A stretch of 59,982 bases of DNA, the filler included. It is 4 parts of 4 records of this genome, joined end to end, with 100 filler letters (N's around TTAATTAATTAA, not from the genome) between each part and the next. Parts side by side here need not be neighbours in the genome. Positions count along the whole stretch, not along the records: positions 1 to 18,312 come from SRR31156797_1097; 3 more parts are not named here. One strand, 5' to 3'. The position numbers and the translations under genes are program-made. The notes under the pieces were generated by a model that worked only from the letters and a program-made list of their open reading frames with translations, was not told the DNA's origin and ran no database searches. Shown one piece after another: positions 1-10,211 of this stretch (position 1 is its first letter; the number at the start of each line of letters is the position of its first letter).

Positions 1-1
1 T

Positions 2-82
2 TCACTTTTAGAGTATTGTAAACTTGATACTTTGGCTATGGTGAAGATACTTGAGAAGTTATTTAATGTAGTAAAAACATAA
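2..82 (+). CDS. 3' end of a gene running in from the window edge; likely DUF2779-type protein
   Basis: Frame 2 reads SLLEYCKLDTLAMVKILEKLFNVVKT*. LLxYCxxDTLAMV resembles the C-terminus of DUF2779-domain proteins (recalled, not searched). Confidence 0.5.
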   Translation, partial: SLLEYCKLDTLAMVKILEKLFNVVKT

Positions 83-112
83 TTAGTTCATATATCTTAA
101 AAAAGCTGGTCA

Positions 113-1507
113 TCAATAGATAATAACCCTATTCCTCCCCTGAGTTTTAGCCTGATAAAGCGCATCATCAGCTCTTTTTATGGTATGGGATATATTTTCA
201 TATTGGCGGTATATGGTACTTCCTATTGAGCAGGTTCTATTTCCTACTGTTGTAAAGTTATATTCTTCAACCACTTTTCGAATATGTTCTAAAACTTTGA
301 TAAGGTCATTTTCAAATTTAATATTTAAAACTAATATAAACTCCTCTCCTCCCCAACGGATAAAGATATCATCATTTCTTGAATATTTTTGGATAATGGC
401 GACAAACTCTATTAAAAATGTATCTCCCACATCATGTCCATATTGGTCATTGATCTTTTTAAAAAAGTCGATATCAATATAAGATAGTGCTAGATGCATC
501 CCTTTTGTCTCCGCTTTTTTAAGGAGTTTTTGAATGTTTTGTTCAAAATATTCTCTATTGTAGGCATTGGTGAGTTTATCTCTTACTACTTTATTTTCAA
601 GTTCGATATTTCTAAGTACACTATCACTGATATCAAGAAAATTGATAAAATAGGTTTCACTATCAAACTGCTCTATCAAAACATCAAAGGCATGTATTTC
701 ATCATCTTTATCAAACATAGTAACTATTTTACGATGTGATGGTTCTGTTTGAATCGCTTCTATCCAGTGTTCGTTTCTACTCACTTTTCCCATATGAAAA
801 AATCTGTCATTGTGGATAAACTTTTCACATATGCAGTGATACTCTTCTAAAAACTCTTCAAGGGATTCATATCCAAAATAGTCTATAAAAGATTTATTAC
901 AATACTCTATACTTGATCCATTGGAGAGAATGACAATGTTTTTTTGGTGGTCTAAAAGTTTTTGTAGTTTTTTCGCATTTTTTTTATCTTCTGTGATATC
1001 TGTGAACATAAGAAGGTAGTTTTTATTATTATCCTCTAGATCCATATAATCTCCACTAACCATAAAGGTTCTAGTCTCATTATGAATTACTTTCATCTCT
1101 ATAGCTAAAGGATGTTCTAAAAATGTCTCTTTTGAAAGCCATCTAAAGAAGTTTTCATAGGAGCTTGTGTGCAGTGAAGAGAGTAGTGATTGTTTTGGTA
1201 TTCTTGAAGTGGAATAGGCAAAATAGTGGTCTGCCATATGGTTATATTGTTTGATGATATACTCATCATCTATGATAATATATGGGATAGGGGCATTTTG
1301 AAAGAGTACTTTATTGTGTTGGTTTTGGATTTCAAGCTGTTCTACTGATTCACTTAATTGATCATTTTGTGCTAAAAGTTCTGCTTCATATACACTTAAA
1401 AGCTCTATGATCTCAGCAATATTCTTTTGAGAAAGATTGTTTGGCTCAAAAATTTTTTTATCTAAAAGTTTGTTTTGAATTATCTCTTGAAGGTTTTGAT
1501 TTTTCAA
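113..1507 (-). CDS. PAS-PAS-GGDEF diguanylate cyclase with N-terminal coiled-coil module
   Basis: DKLTNAYNR, DIDFFKKINDQYGHDVGD and RWGGEEF motifs; PAS start LFQNAPIPY; N-terminal ELLSVYEAELLAQNDQL. Confidence 0.9.
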   Translation of the reverse strand: MKNQNLQEIIQNKLLDKKIFEPNNLSQKNIAEIIELLSVYEAELLAQNDQLSESVEQLEIQNQHNKVLFQNAPIPYIIIDDEYIIKQYNHMADHYFAYSTSRIPKQSLLSSLHTSSYENFFRWLSKETFLEHPLAIEMKVIHNETRTFMVSGDYMDLEDNNKNYLLMFTDITEDKKNAKKLQKLLDHQKNIVILSNGSSIEYCNKSFIDYFGYESLEEFLEEYHCICEKFIHNDRFFHMGKVSRNEHWIEAIQTEPSHRKIVTMFDKDDEIHAFDVLIEQFDSETYFINFLDISDSVLRNIELENKVVRDKLTNAYNREYFEQNIQKLLKKAETKGMHLALSYIDIDFFKKINDQYGHDVGDTFLIEFVAIIQKYSRNDDIFIRWGGEEFILVLNIKFENDLIKVLEHIRKVVEEYNFTTVGNRTCSIGSTIYRQYENISHTIKRADDALYQAKTQGRNRVIIY

Positions 1508-1635
1508 TGTACATTCCTTTTTTCATACATTATTATACAAACATAATGATTAATTTTATCATTATTTATACTTTAATTGTATATAGGATATACTATTAAC
1601 TATTGATATTAATATTGGATTCAAAAGAGGTAGAG

Positions 1636-4227
1636 ATGGAAAAAGGGAAAAAGAGTGATGAACTTGTAATCGTTGGGATTGGTGCAAGTGCAGGAGGTCT
1701 TGAAGCTTTACAAAGTTTTGTAAAAAATGTTCCAGATAATACCAATATTTGTTATGTTGTCGCTCAACATCTCTCCCCTACATACAAATCTTTGATGGCA
1801 TCTCTTCTTTCTAAAGAAACAGAGCACAAAGTAATAGAAGCTAAAAATGGTTTAGAGCTTCATGCTGATAATATTTATATTTGTCCCCCTAATAAAAATA
1901 TCACTATCCATGATGATACTATTTTATTAAGAGAGCCTATAGTTGGAACTTATGGACCAAAACCTTCTATCGATATACTTTTTGAATCTCTTTCTATCTC
2001 AAAAGCAGATAGAGCTGCTGGAATTATTTTATCTGGAACTGGAAGTGATGGAAGTCGTGGGATTAGAGCGATTAAAGCTGAGGGTGGATATACCATAGCA
2101 CAAGAGCCAGCAAGTGCAAAATATGATGGGATGCCAATAGCTGCAATTAATACAGGAAATATCGATCTTATTATGAAGCCTGAAGAGATAGCGGCTGAAC
2201 TTCCTGATATTTTTAGTGGTGTAAGAGCCGCAACGATAGAGACATCACCAAAGAGTGGTGATGTGATGAAAAATATCCTTGATAAACTACAGACTTTAAA
2301 AAAGATAGACTTTTCACAGTATAAGATCAATACGATCCAAAGAAGAATAGAAAGACGAATGGCAGCTTTAAAAATAAGCTCTATTACGTATTATAATAAT
2401 TATCTTAAAAAGAATCCAGAAGAGATCGAAGCTTTATTTAATGATATTTTGATAGGGGTCACTTCATTTTTTAGAGATGAAGAGTCTTTTAAGTCATTAA
2501 AAGCCCATTTAAAAGAGTATATTGAAAAAAAAGAGGAAAAGAGTTTGCGAATCTGGGCTCCAGGGTGTTCTACTGGGGAAGAGGCGTATTCTATCGCTAT
2601 TATTATATCTGAGATACTAGGTATTGATATTATTCATTATAAGATACAGATCTTTGCTACAGATATAGATGAGACTGCTACTGCTATTGCTAGAAAAGGG
2701 TATTATCCTGAGAGTGCTTTGATCGATCTAGACAAAGAGAGAAGAAATAAATATTTTGTCCCTAGAAAAGATCATTATGAAGTAATTAAATCACTAAGAG
2801 AAATAGTACTATTTTCCAAACATGACATTATCAAAGATCCTCCCTTTTTAAAACTTGATCTAGTGGTGTGTCGAAATCTATTGATCTATTTTAATTCTGA
2901 TCTTCAAAAGAAGATCTTTCCAATGTTTCATTATGCTTTAAATGACTACGGCATGCTCTTTTTAGGAAAGTCTGAGACAGTTGGAGCTTTTCAAACTCAT
3001 TTTCAAATTACTGATAAAAAATGGAAAATATTTAGCTCTATTTATATTGGAAGAAAAGTTCCGCCAATCTCTCAAATGTATTTTGAAAAACGTTCCTTTG
3101 ATGAATCCAGTAAAAATGAAACCAATGCAAGTTCAAAATCACCTTCTATCCCTGATCTTATGCATGAAAAAGTCAATAAACTTATACTTCCAACTTGTAT
3201 CGTAGTGAATGATGGGATGGATATCGTCTTTGTTAAAGGGGAAAATCCTTATATCACATACCCTGAGGGGACAAGGACTGATAATGTTTTTAGAAATATC
3301 AAGACTTCCCTAAGCACGGAGCTTCGTGCGGCACTTCATCTTATAAAAACAGAGCAAAAAGATATCATCAAAACCTCTTTTCAAAAAGTGACTTTGTATG
3401 GAGATATTTTACGATATGTACGGATGATCGTGATGACGCTTGATTCTACAAAAAGTCAAAAGCTCTATATGATCTGTTTTCAAGAGGAAAAAGATGATGA
3501 TCTTAATGCTTATGTAATAAATAAAGATGATACCTTTGGAAATGAGAAGATTGGGAAGTTAGAGCTTGAACTTGCTCGTACAAAAGAGCATCTTCAAACA
3601 GTTATTGAAGAGCTTGAGACCAATAATGAAGAGATGCAAAGTCTCAATGAAGAGCTTCAAAGTTCAAATGAAGAGCTTCAAAGTTCAAACGAAGAGCTTG
3701 AAACAACAAATGAGGAGCTTCAATCTACCAATGAAGAGCTCCAAACTGCCTATACAGAACTCAAAGCTACCTATGATGAAAAAGAGGAGAGAATGAAACA
3801 GTATCTCTCTATCCAAGAGGAGAATGAAAAGATCAGTATGCGAATGAATCTGCTTTTAGATATGAAGCATATTGGATTGTTTGATTATCATATCCCTACA
3901 AAACGAGAAGACTTTTGGAGTGAAAGCTTTAGTATGATCCTTGGATATAAACCTGGTGAGCTTCCTTTGGATAATTCTATGATTGTGGATTGGATAAAAG
4001 AGAAGATCCATCCTGAGGATATAGAACAGTATGCTTTAAAATATGATGATTATATTGAAGGTCATACAAAAAAACTTGAAATTCAATTTAGAATGAGACA
4101 TAAAAGTGGTACATACAAATGGTATGAGTGTATAGGTAAAAGTATCACAAGAGATATGGACAATAATGTTACAAGACTTATAGGAATTATCAGTGATATT
4201 TCAAGTCTCAAAGGGGAGAGTAAATGA
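1636..4227 (+). CDS. CheB methylesterase-CheR methyltransferase fusion with PAS domains and coiled coil (copy 1)
   Basis: CheB motifs GASAGG, QHL, GTGSDG; CheR motifs VTSFFRD, WAPGCSTGEEAYS, ATDID, CRNLLIY; NEELQSSNEEL repeats; C-terminal PAS/PAC. ATG 1636 follows AGAGG and is preferred to the track's 1603. Confidence 0.92.
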   Translation: MEKGKKSDELVIVGIGASAGGLEALQSFVKNVPDNTNICYVVAQHLSPTYKSLMASLLSKETEHKVIEAKNGLELHADNIYICPPNKNITIHDDTILLREPIVGTYGPKPSIDILFESLSISKADRAAGIILSGTGSDGSRGIRAIKAEGGYTIAQEPASAKYDGMPIAAINTGNIDLIMKPEEIAAELPDIFSGVRAATIETSPKSGDVMKNILDKLQTLKKIDFSQYKINTIQRRIERRMAALKISSITYYNNYLKKNPEEIEALFNDILIGVTSFFRDEESFKSLKAHLKEYIEKKEEKSLRIWAPGCSTGEEAYSIAIIISEILGIDIIHYKIQIFATDIDETATAIARKGYYPESALIDLDKERRNKYFVPRKDHYEVIKSLREIVLFSKHDIIKDPPFLKLDLVVCRNLLIYFNSDLQKKIFPMFHYALNDYGMLFLGKSETVGAFQTHFQITDKKWKIFSSIYIGRKVPPISQMYFEKRSFDESSKNETNASSKSPSIPDLMHEKVNKLILPTCIVVNDGMDIVFVKGENPYITYPEGTRTDNVFRNIKTSLSTELRAALHLIKTEQKDIIKTSFQKVTLYGDILRYVRMIVMTLDSTKSQKLYMICFQEEKDDDLNAYVINKDDTFGNEKIGKLELELARTKEHLQTVIEELETNNEEMQSLNEELQSSNEELQSSNEELETTNEELQSTNEELQTAYTELKATYDEKEERMKQYLSIQEENEKISMRMNLLLDMKHIGLFDYHIPTKREDFWSESFSMILGYKPGELPLDNSMIVDWIKEKIHPEDIEQYALKYDDYIEGHTKKLEIQFRMRHKSGTYKWYECIGKSITRDMDNNVTRLIGIISDISSLKGESK

Positions 4228-7200
4228 ATGTAGATAAAGAACTAAAACCTATTTTAGTAGGAATAGGTTCTAGTGCAGGTGGTTTAGAAGCGCTACAGGC
4301 TTTTGTAAAGACTATTCCAAATGTGACTCCATTTAGTTTTATTATTGCTCAGCATCTGTCCCCTACACATATCTCTTTATTAAAAGAGCTTTTAGCACGA
4401 GAAACCAAGCATAATGTGGTTGAGGCAAAAGATGGGCAAAAGCCAGAGTTTGATCATATCTATGTATGTCCACCAAATAATAATATTATTATCAAAGATG
4501 GTTTGATTAAACTTAGTGAACCAGATACAAGGACATATGGAGTAAAACCCTCAGTTGATCTTTTATTTGAATCATTGAGTGAGTCTGAATATGAGAATTG
4601 TGCAGGTATTATCCTCTCTGGTACAGGGAGTGATGGAAGTAGAGGAGTACGATCAATTAAAGCAGCAGGTGGAATAACTGTAGCCCAAGAGACTTCAACT
4701 GCCAAATATGATGGGATGCCACTCTCAGCAATTAATACAGGCAATATAGATATTATTCTCTCTCCTGAGCATATATGTGAAGAGCTTATTGATATTTTTA
4801 AATTAAGAGAAGATGTTCCTGAAATCTTTGAACAAAGAGACTCTGAAGCACTTTTTAAAACGATCATCAATAAACTCTCAAAAGCAAAAAAAGTTGATTT
4901 TAGTAGATATAAACAAAATACTTTAAAAAGAAGAATTTTACGAAGAATTTCAGCTTTGAAAATAGATTCTTTACAAAAATATAGTAATTTTTTAGAAAAA
5001 AATAGTACGGAGATTGATGAGCTTTATAATGATGTGTTGATCAATGTGACAAGTTTTTTTAGAGAACCAGAGAGTTTTGATTCGTTAAAAAAACTTCTTC
5101 AAGAATATCTAGAACAACGAAATATTAGTAATATCCGTATATGGGTTCCAGGATGTTCCACAGGAGAAGAGGCTCTTACTATTGCTATTATATTAAGTGA
5201 AATTATTAGTGATAGAATAGATGATTATAGGGTTCAGATCTTTGCTACAGATATTGATTATAATGCTATAGAGACTGCAAGATTAGCTTTTTATTCAGCC
5301 AGTGCGATCTCTCAGATCCCAATAGCTTTAAGAAGAAAGTATTTTACTCAAACAAGTGATGCTCACTATAAACCAATCAATCTTATAAGAGATATGTGTA
5401 TCTATTCCGTACATGATGTGATCAAAGATCCCCCATTTTTAAGGTTAGATCTAATTTCATGTAGAAATATGCTTATTTATTTTACTTCAGAATTACAAAA
5501 TCAGATCATCAATAATTTTCATTATGGATTGAATAATAAAGGGATCTTATGTCTTGGAAAATCAGAAACTATTTTGAACTCAAATCGTTCGTTTAACACT
5601 TTAGATGCAAAAAATAAGATTTATTCAGTAAGTAGTTTTGATGGGGAGAGAAGAAAATTTGTGAATCTCTCCTCTACTGATTATAGAGATGTAACCCAAA
5701 TAAGCTCTTCAGCCAATAAAGTAAAACATACTATTGAAGATACTATTTTTGAACATGTGAATAAATATATTATTCCTACTTGTGTGGTGATCAATGAGGT
5801 TGAAGATCTTGTATTTGTAAAAGGGGAAAACCCTTATATAGTAGCTCCACAAGGGGAGAGAACAGATAATATTTATAAAAATATCCATAGTGATCTAAAT
5901 ATTGAACTTAGAACGGCTCTACACAATATGAATAAAAACAGAAAGATCATCAAAACTATCCATAAAGAGGTTAAGCTTTATGGTGGAGTTGTAAAGTATG
6001 TTCGTATGATCTTGATTCCTATAGATAGTAGTAAGATACAAAATATGATCTTGATCTGTTTCCAAGAGGAGAATGAAGAGTATTTTAAATCATATATAGA
6101 TTATGATGCATCATCTGAAAAAGAGAATCAACTCAAACTAGAACTTGATCGGACAAAAAGTCATATGCAGACTCTTCTTGAAGAGATGGAGTCTACCAAT
6201 GAAGAGATGCAAAGCCTCAATGAAGAGTTGCAAAGCTCCAATGAGGAACTGCAAAGTTCCAATGAGGAGCTTGAAACTACCAATGAAGAGTTACAATCTA
6301 CCAATGAAGAACTGAATTCTGCGTATAATGAACTTCAATCTGCTTATGATGCAAAAAAAGAAGAGGTGAAGCAACATCTTCATACAAAACAAAAACTTGA
6401 AAGATATACTCAAAGACTTGATCTCTCGCTTCAAGCAAGTAAACTAGGGGTGAGTGACCAGCATGTTCCAATTGTACAAAATGATATTTGGAGTGAACGA
6501 TTTACACAGATCTTAGGATATAGTGTAGATGAGCTTCCTAAAAACCATAAATTGATGAAAGAATGGTTTGAATCAAAACTTCATCCTGATCAAAAAGAGG
6601 ATTTTTTAATCACTTTAGAGAGGTTTTTACGAGGAGATGAGCTTTCAGCAGAGTTTATTTTAAAACTTGAACATAAAAATAAAACATGGATATGGGTCAA
6701 ATATCTGATCAAATCAACTGAGCGTGATGCAGATGGAAGAGTTTTACGATATATTAGTACTTTACAAGATATATCAAAGGATAAAGAACAAGCTGAACAG
6801 ATTGAAAAACTCAATACGAGACTTGAAAAAATGGTTCAAGATCAACATGAAACGATCCTTTCTCAACAATCAAGACTAGCTCAAATAACTCAAGAAACTG
6901 GAGTGGGTATTTGGGAGTATGATCTGAAAAGTTTGGAGATAACTCTATCTCCAAAAATGAAACAGCTTATGCAGGTCAGTAGTTCTGATGAGTTACAGGA
7001 GATAAAAGGTTTTGGAAGCTATTTTGATATTAGTAGCAAAAAAGAGTTAGATAAGAAAATCAAACTGCTTAAAAATAAAAAACTCAAGCAGTCAAAAATC
7101 CATACAAATTTAAAAAAAGATTCCCACAAATGGTTGATGCATAATCTTGTTTTAGAGGAGAGTGCTGGACACAAAAGTATTGTTGGAATATGTGTAGATA

Positions 7201-7616
7201 TCTCAAAAGAGATACGAAGAGAACATATGCTATCACAAATGGTAGATAATCTTCACATAATAGAAGAGTTTAGTGAAATAGGGAGCTTTGATTACCATCC
7301 AAATAAAAACCTCTATTTTAGAAGTGACAATTTTTGTAAGCTTCTTGATCTTGATCCTGTAAATCAAACAGCGATACATCTTGATGCTTTTATCTCTATG
7401 ATCGATAAAGAAAAAGAGTATAAACAGATGATAGAAAAATGTTTAGATACAATAGAGCCTTATAAGATTACATATCAGTTTATAAATGATAAAGGGGTAA
7501 GTTATAATATTATAGAAAAAGGAAAATGTATCGTAGATCAAGATTCAAAAGAGATTTTAATCAAAGGGATAATAAAATTGCAAAAATCAGAAGCTAAAGG
7601 AGTAAATAATGGCTGA
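4224..7616 (+). CDS. CheB-CheR fusion with multiple PAS domains (copy 2)
   Basis: Same CheB (GSSAGG, QHL, GTGSDG) and CheR (WVPGCSTGEE, CRNMLIY) motifs and the same NEELQSSNEEL coil; extra C-terminal PAS-like repeats; ATGA overlap with copy 1. Confidence 0.92.
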   Translation: MNVDKELKPILVGIGSSAGGLEALQAFVKTIPNVTPFSFIIAQHLSPTHISLLKELLARETKHNVVEAKDGQKPEFDHIYVCPPNNNIIIKDGLIKLSEPDTRTYGVKPSVDLLFESLSESEYENCAGIILSGTGSDGSRGVRSIKAAGGITVAQETSTAKYDGMPLSAINTGNIDIILSPEHICEELIDIFKLREDVPEIFEQRDSEALFKTIINKLSKAKKVDFSRYKQNTLKRRILRRISALKIDSLQKYSNFLEKNSTEIDELYNDVLINVTSFFREPESFDSLKKLLQEYLEQRNISNIRIWVPGCSTGEEALTIAIILSEIISDRIDDYRVQIFATDIDYNAIETARLAFYSASAISQIPIALRRKYFTQTSDAHYKPINLIRDMCIYSVHDVIKDPPFLRLDLISCRNMLIYFTSELQNQIINNFHYGLNNKGILCLGKSETILNSNRSFNTLDAKNKIYSVSSFDGERRKFVNLSSTDYRDVTQISSSANKVKHTIEDTIFEHVNKYIIPTCVVINEVEDLVFVKGENPYIVAPQGERTDNIYKNIHSDLNIELRTALHNMNKNRKIIKTIHKEVKLYGGVVKYVRMILIPIDSSKIQNMILICFQEENEEYFKSYIDYDASSEKENQLKLELDRTKSHMQTLLEEMESTNEEMQSLNEELQSSNEELQSSNEELETTNEELQSTNEELNSAYNELQSAYDAKKEEVKQHLHTKQKLERYTQRLDLSLQASKLGVSDQHVPIVQNDIWSERFTQILGYSVDELPKNHKLMKEWFESKLHPDQKEDFLITLERFLRGDELSAEFILKLEHKNKTWIWVKYLIKSTERDADGRVLRYISTLQDISKDKEQAEQIEKLNTRLEKMVQDQHETILSQQSRLAQITQETGVGIWEYDLKSLEITLSPKMKQLMQVSSSDELQEIKGFGSYFDISSKKELDKKIKLLKNKKLKQSKIHTNLKKDSHKWLMHNLVLEESAGHKSIVGICVDISKEIRREHMLSQMVDNLHIIEEFSEIGSFDYHPNKNLYFRSDNFCKLLDLDPVNQTAIHLDAFISMIDKEKEYKQMIEKCLDTIEPYKITYQFINDKGVSYNIIEKGKCIVDQDSKEILIKGIIKLQKSEAKGVNNG

Positions 7617-8046
7617 GAGCAGAATAATAGATATACTTTTAGTAGAAGATAATCCAGGGGATATAAGTCTTTGTGAAGAGGCATTGCTTGAATCTAAAAT
7701 GGCAAATAAACTTCATGTGGTTAGTGATGGGGAAGAAGCTATGGAATATCTTTATCAAGAGGGGAAATATACTGATGCTATTAAACCAGACCTTGTACTT
7801 TTAGATCTCAATTTACCTAAAATGGATGGACGAGAAGTTTTAGCAAAAATAAAAAGTGATTCGAAGCTTAAAGCGATACCAGTAGTTATTCTTTCTTCCT
7901 CTAGTTATGAAGAGGATATAACAAATGCCTATGATTTGAATGCAAACTGTTACGTTGTCAAGCCTTTAGATTTTCAGCAGTTTGTAAATATCGTAAAAAA
8001 TATTCAAGAGTTTTGGTTCCAGATCGTCAAACTTCCAAATAACTAA
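7609..8046 (+). CDS. Single-domain response regulator, Rcp1-like
   Basis: ILLVEDNPGD, LLDLNLPKMDG, YVVKP and the C-terminal FWFQIVKLP typical of Rcp1-type receivers. Confidence 0.9.
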   Translation: MAESRIIDILLVEDNPGDISLCEEALLESKMANKLHVVSDGEEAMEYLYQEGKYTDAIKPDLVLLDLNLPKMDGREVLAKIKSDSKLKAIPVVILSSSSYEEDITNAYDLNANCYVVKPLDFQQFVNIVKNIQEFWFQIVKLPNN

Positions 8047-10211
8047 TGAAACTTCAATATAAAATATTTGGCGCAATTTTATTTAATTTTGCCCTTATAT
8101 TAATCCCCTTATTTTTTATAACAGATTATAAAAATAAACAGACCATACAAGAGAAAACATTTTCTACATATAATGGAATTGTAGATTCTGTAGTGCAGAA
8201 TGTTCAGATAAATATGATAGAAAAAACACAAATTGTAAAAACATTAAGTACCAATGATATGCTTAAAAACTCTGTTATAAAAAGTAATCAAAGCTTTGAG
8301 GAACTAGAACCTAAAGTAAGAGATAGCTTTATTGATACTCAAAATAATAAGTGGAAAAAAGAGCGTGATATTCCAAATAATCAATTTATTAACTCCTATA
8401 CAAACAATCCCTTAGCTCATTATTTAAATACTCAGATCAAAGCTCTTCCTGGAGTTTTTGGAGAGATCTTTATCACAAATAGATATGGTACAGTAGTTGC
8501 ATCAACTTCTATCCTTACTACGTATGCTCATGCTCATAAATATTGGTGGAAAAATGCTTATGACAATGGAAGGGGAAAAATATTTTTTGATGATAGAGGT
8601 TTTGATGAAAGTGTTGAGGGGTATGTTTTAGGTGTTGTGATCCCCTTAAGAGATACAAATAATGAAGTGATTGGTATACTTAAAGCAAATATGAATATTG
8701 ATACTCTTTTAAGTCATTCGATTCGATCCTATTATGCTCATGGAGAGGTGCAGATTGTACGATCAAAAGGCCTTATCATTGCTCAAAAAGGGCTAGAGCC
8801 TCTTTCTTCTTCAATTAATAAAAAACTTATAGAGAAGATCAATAGTGATGAAAAAGGAGTAGAGATCATTGATGATAAAGTGATTGCACATTCAGTGATC
8901 CCCTTGACTTTTCATTCACACCTATATGGGTTTGGAGGAAACTATAAATCTATAGATCATCAAAAAGGGAACCAAGGTGAGGCTTGGCATGTCATTATGT
9001 CTGAAGATACGAAAAAAGCTTTTGATCCAGTAGAGGAAACGATTACATTTATTATTATTGGTGCAGTGCTTATGTTTATTTTAGTATCTTTTTTTTCACT
9101 ATATTTAGGAAGGTGGATAGAAAAGCTTATAGAAGAGATACAATTTACGCAATCTCAGTATCAATATATAGTTGAGACAACAAGTGATTGGATATGGAAG
9201 ATAGATAAAGATGGTTTATACACTTTTTCAAGTCCTCAGGTACAACATCTTTTAGGGTATGAAGTGGAGGATATATTAGGAAAAAGCTATTTAGAGTTGT
9301 TAACAAGGGAAGATCAAAATGAACTAGATACAAACTATCATCAGCTTTTAAAAGAACAAAAACCTTTAAAAAGTGTGATCCATAAAAATGTCAAAAAAGA
9401 TGGATCAAGTATAATTTTAGAAAGTGAAGCAAATCCTATTTTTGATAAAAATGGTAACTTTGAGGGGTATATAGGAACTGATAGAGATGTGACTGCACGG
9501 ATCCAAATCCAGATAAAACTTGAAGAATCAAATAATAATCTTCAGCAATTTGCCTATATCGCTTCCCATGATCTAAAAGAGCCTTTACGTATGATAAGTG
9601 GTCATCTACAACTTATTGAGCGTCAATACAAAGAGAAACTAGATGAAAAAGGGCATAAGTTTTTAAACTTTGCCGTTGATGGAGCCTTAAGATTACAAAA
9701 GCTTATTGATGGTCTTTTAGTATTTTCAAGGGTACAAACCCATGGAAAAGAGTTTGAGTATAGTGATCTTAATAAAATTTTAGATGAGGTGAAAGAGAAT
9801 CTCTTAGAGCAGATTAAAACTTCTCAAGCGATCATAGACGCAGATGAGCTTCCAACACTTTTAGCAGATTCAAGTCAAATATCACAAGTGTTTCAAAATA
9901 TTATTTCTAATAGTATAAAGTTCTGTCCAGATAAAACACCTCATATTATCATCTCCACAAAAGAAACTGCTGATAGTTATGAGATAACTTTTAAAGATAA
10001 TGGAGTGGGATTTAATATGAAATATAAAGATAAAGTATTTGATATTTTTAAAAGACTACACAATCGCTCTGAGTTTGAGGGAGAGGGGATTGGTATGGCT
10101 CTTGTAAAAAGGATCATCACGAGACATAATGGAACTGTTTTTGTACAAAGTGAAGAGGGCAAAGGGACAAGTTTTTGTATCACCTTACCTAAAAAACACT
10201 CCCATGTTTAA
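8046..10211 (+). CDS. Membrane sensor histidine kinase (periplasmic Cache-like + PAS + Cph1-type HisKA/HATPase)
   Basis: Two TM segments; PAS (VETTSDWIW); H-box FAYIASHDLKEPLR; N-box QNIISNSIKF; DNGVG and GEGIGM; TAATG coupling with the upstream gene. Confidence 0.9.
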   Translation: MKLQYKIFGAILFNFALILIPLFFITDYKNKQTIQEKTFSTYNGIVDSVVQNVQINMIEKTQIVKTLSTNDMLKNSVIKSNQSFEELEPKVRDSFIDTQNNKWKKERDIPNNQFINSYTNNPLAHYLNTQIKALPGVFGEIFITNRYGTVVASTSILTTYAHAHKYWWKNAYDNGRGKIFFDDRGFDESVEGYVLGVVIPLRDTNNEVIGILKANMNIDTLLSHSIRSYYAHGEVQIVRSKGLIIAQKGLEPLSSSINKKLIEKINSDEKGVEIIDDKVIAHSVIPLTFHSHLYGFGGNYKSIDHQKGNQGEAWHVIMSEDTKKAFDPVEETITFIIIGAVLMFILVSFFSLYLGRWIEKLIEEIQFTQSQYQYIVETTSDWIWKIDKDGLYTFSSPQVQHLLGYEVEDILGKSYLELLTREDQNELDTNYHQLLKEQKPLKSVIHKNVKKDGSSIILESEANPIFDKNGNFEGYIGTDRDVTARIQIQIKLEESNNNLQQFAYIASHDLKEPLRMISGHLQLIERQYKEKLDEKGHKFLNFAVDGALRLQKLIDGLLVFSRVQTHGKEFEYSDLNKILDEVKENLLEQIKTSQAIIDADELPTLLADSSQISQVFQNIISNSIKFCPDKTPHIIISTKETADSYEITFKDNGVGFNMKYKDKVFDIFKRLHNRSEFEGEGIGMALVKRIITRHNGTVFVQSEEGKGTSFCITLPKKHSHV

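Noticed and set aside
3615-3745. Tandem 21-nt repeats (also about 6195-6335) as a possible CRISPR array or VNTR
   Set aside because: They are in-frame heptads encoding NEELQSS coils, with no unique spacers and no cas genes.
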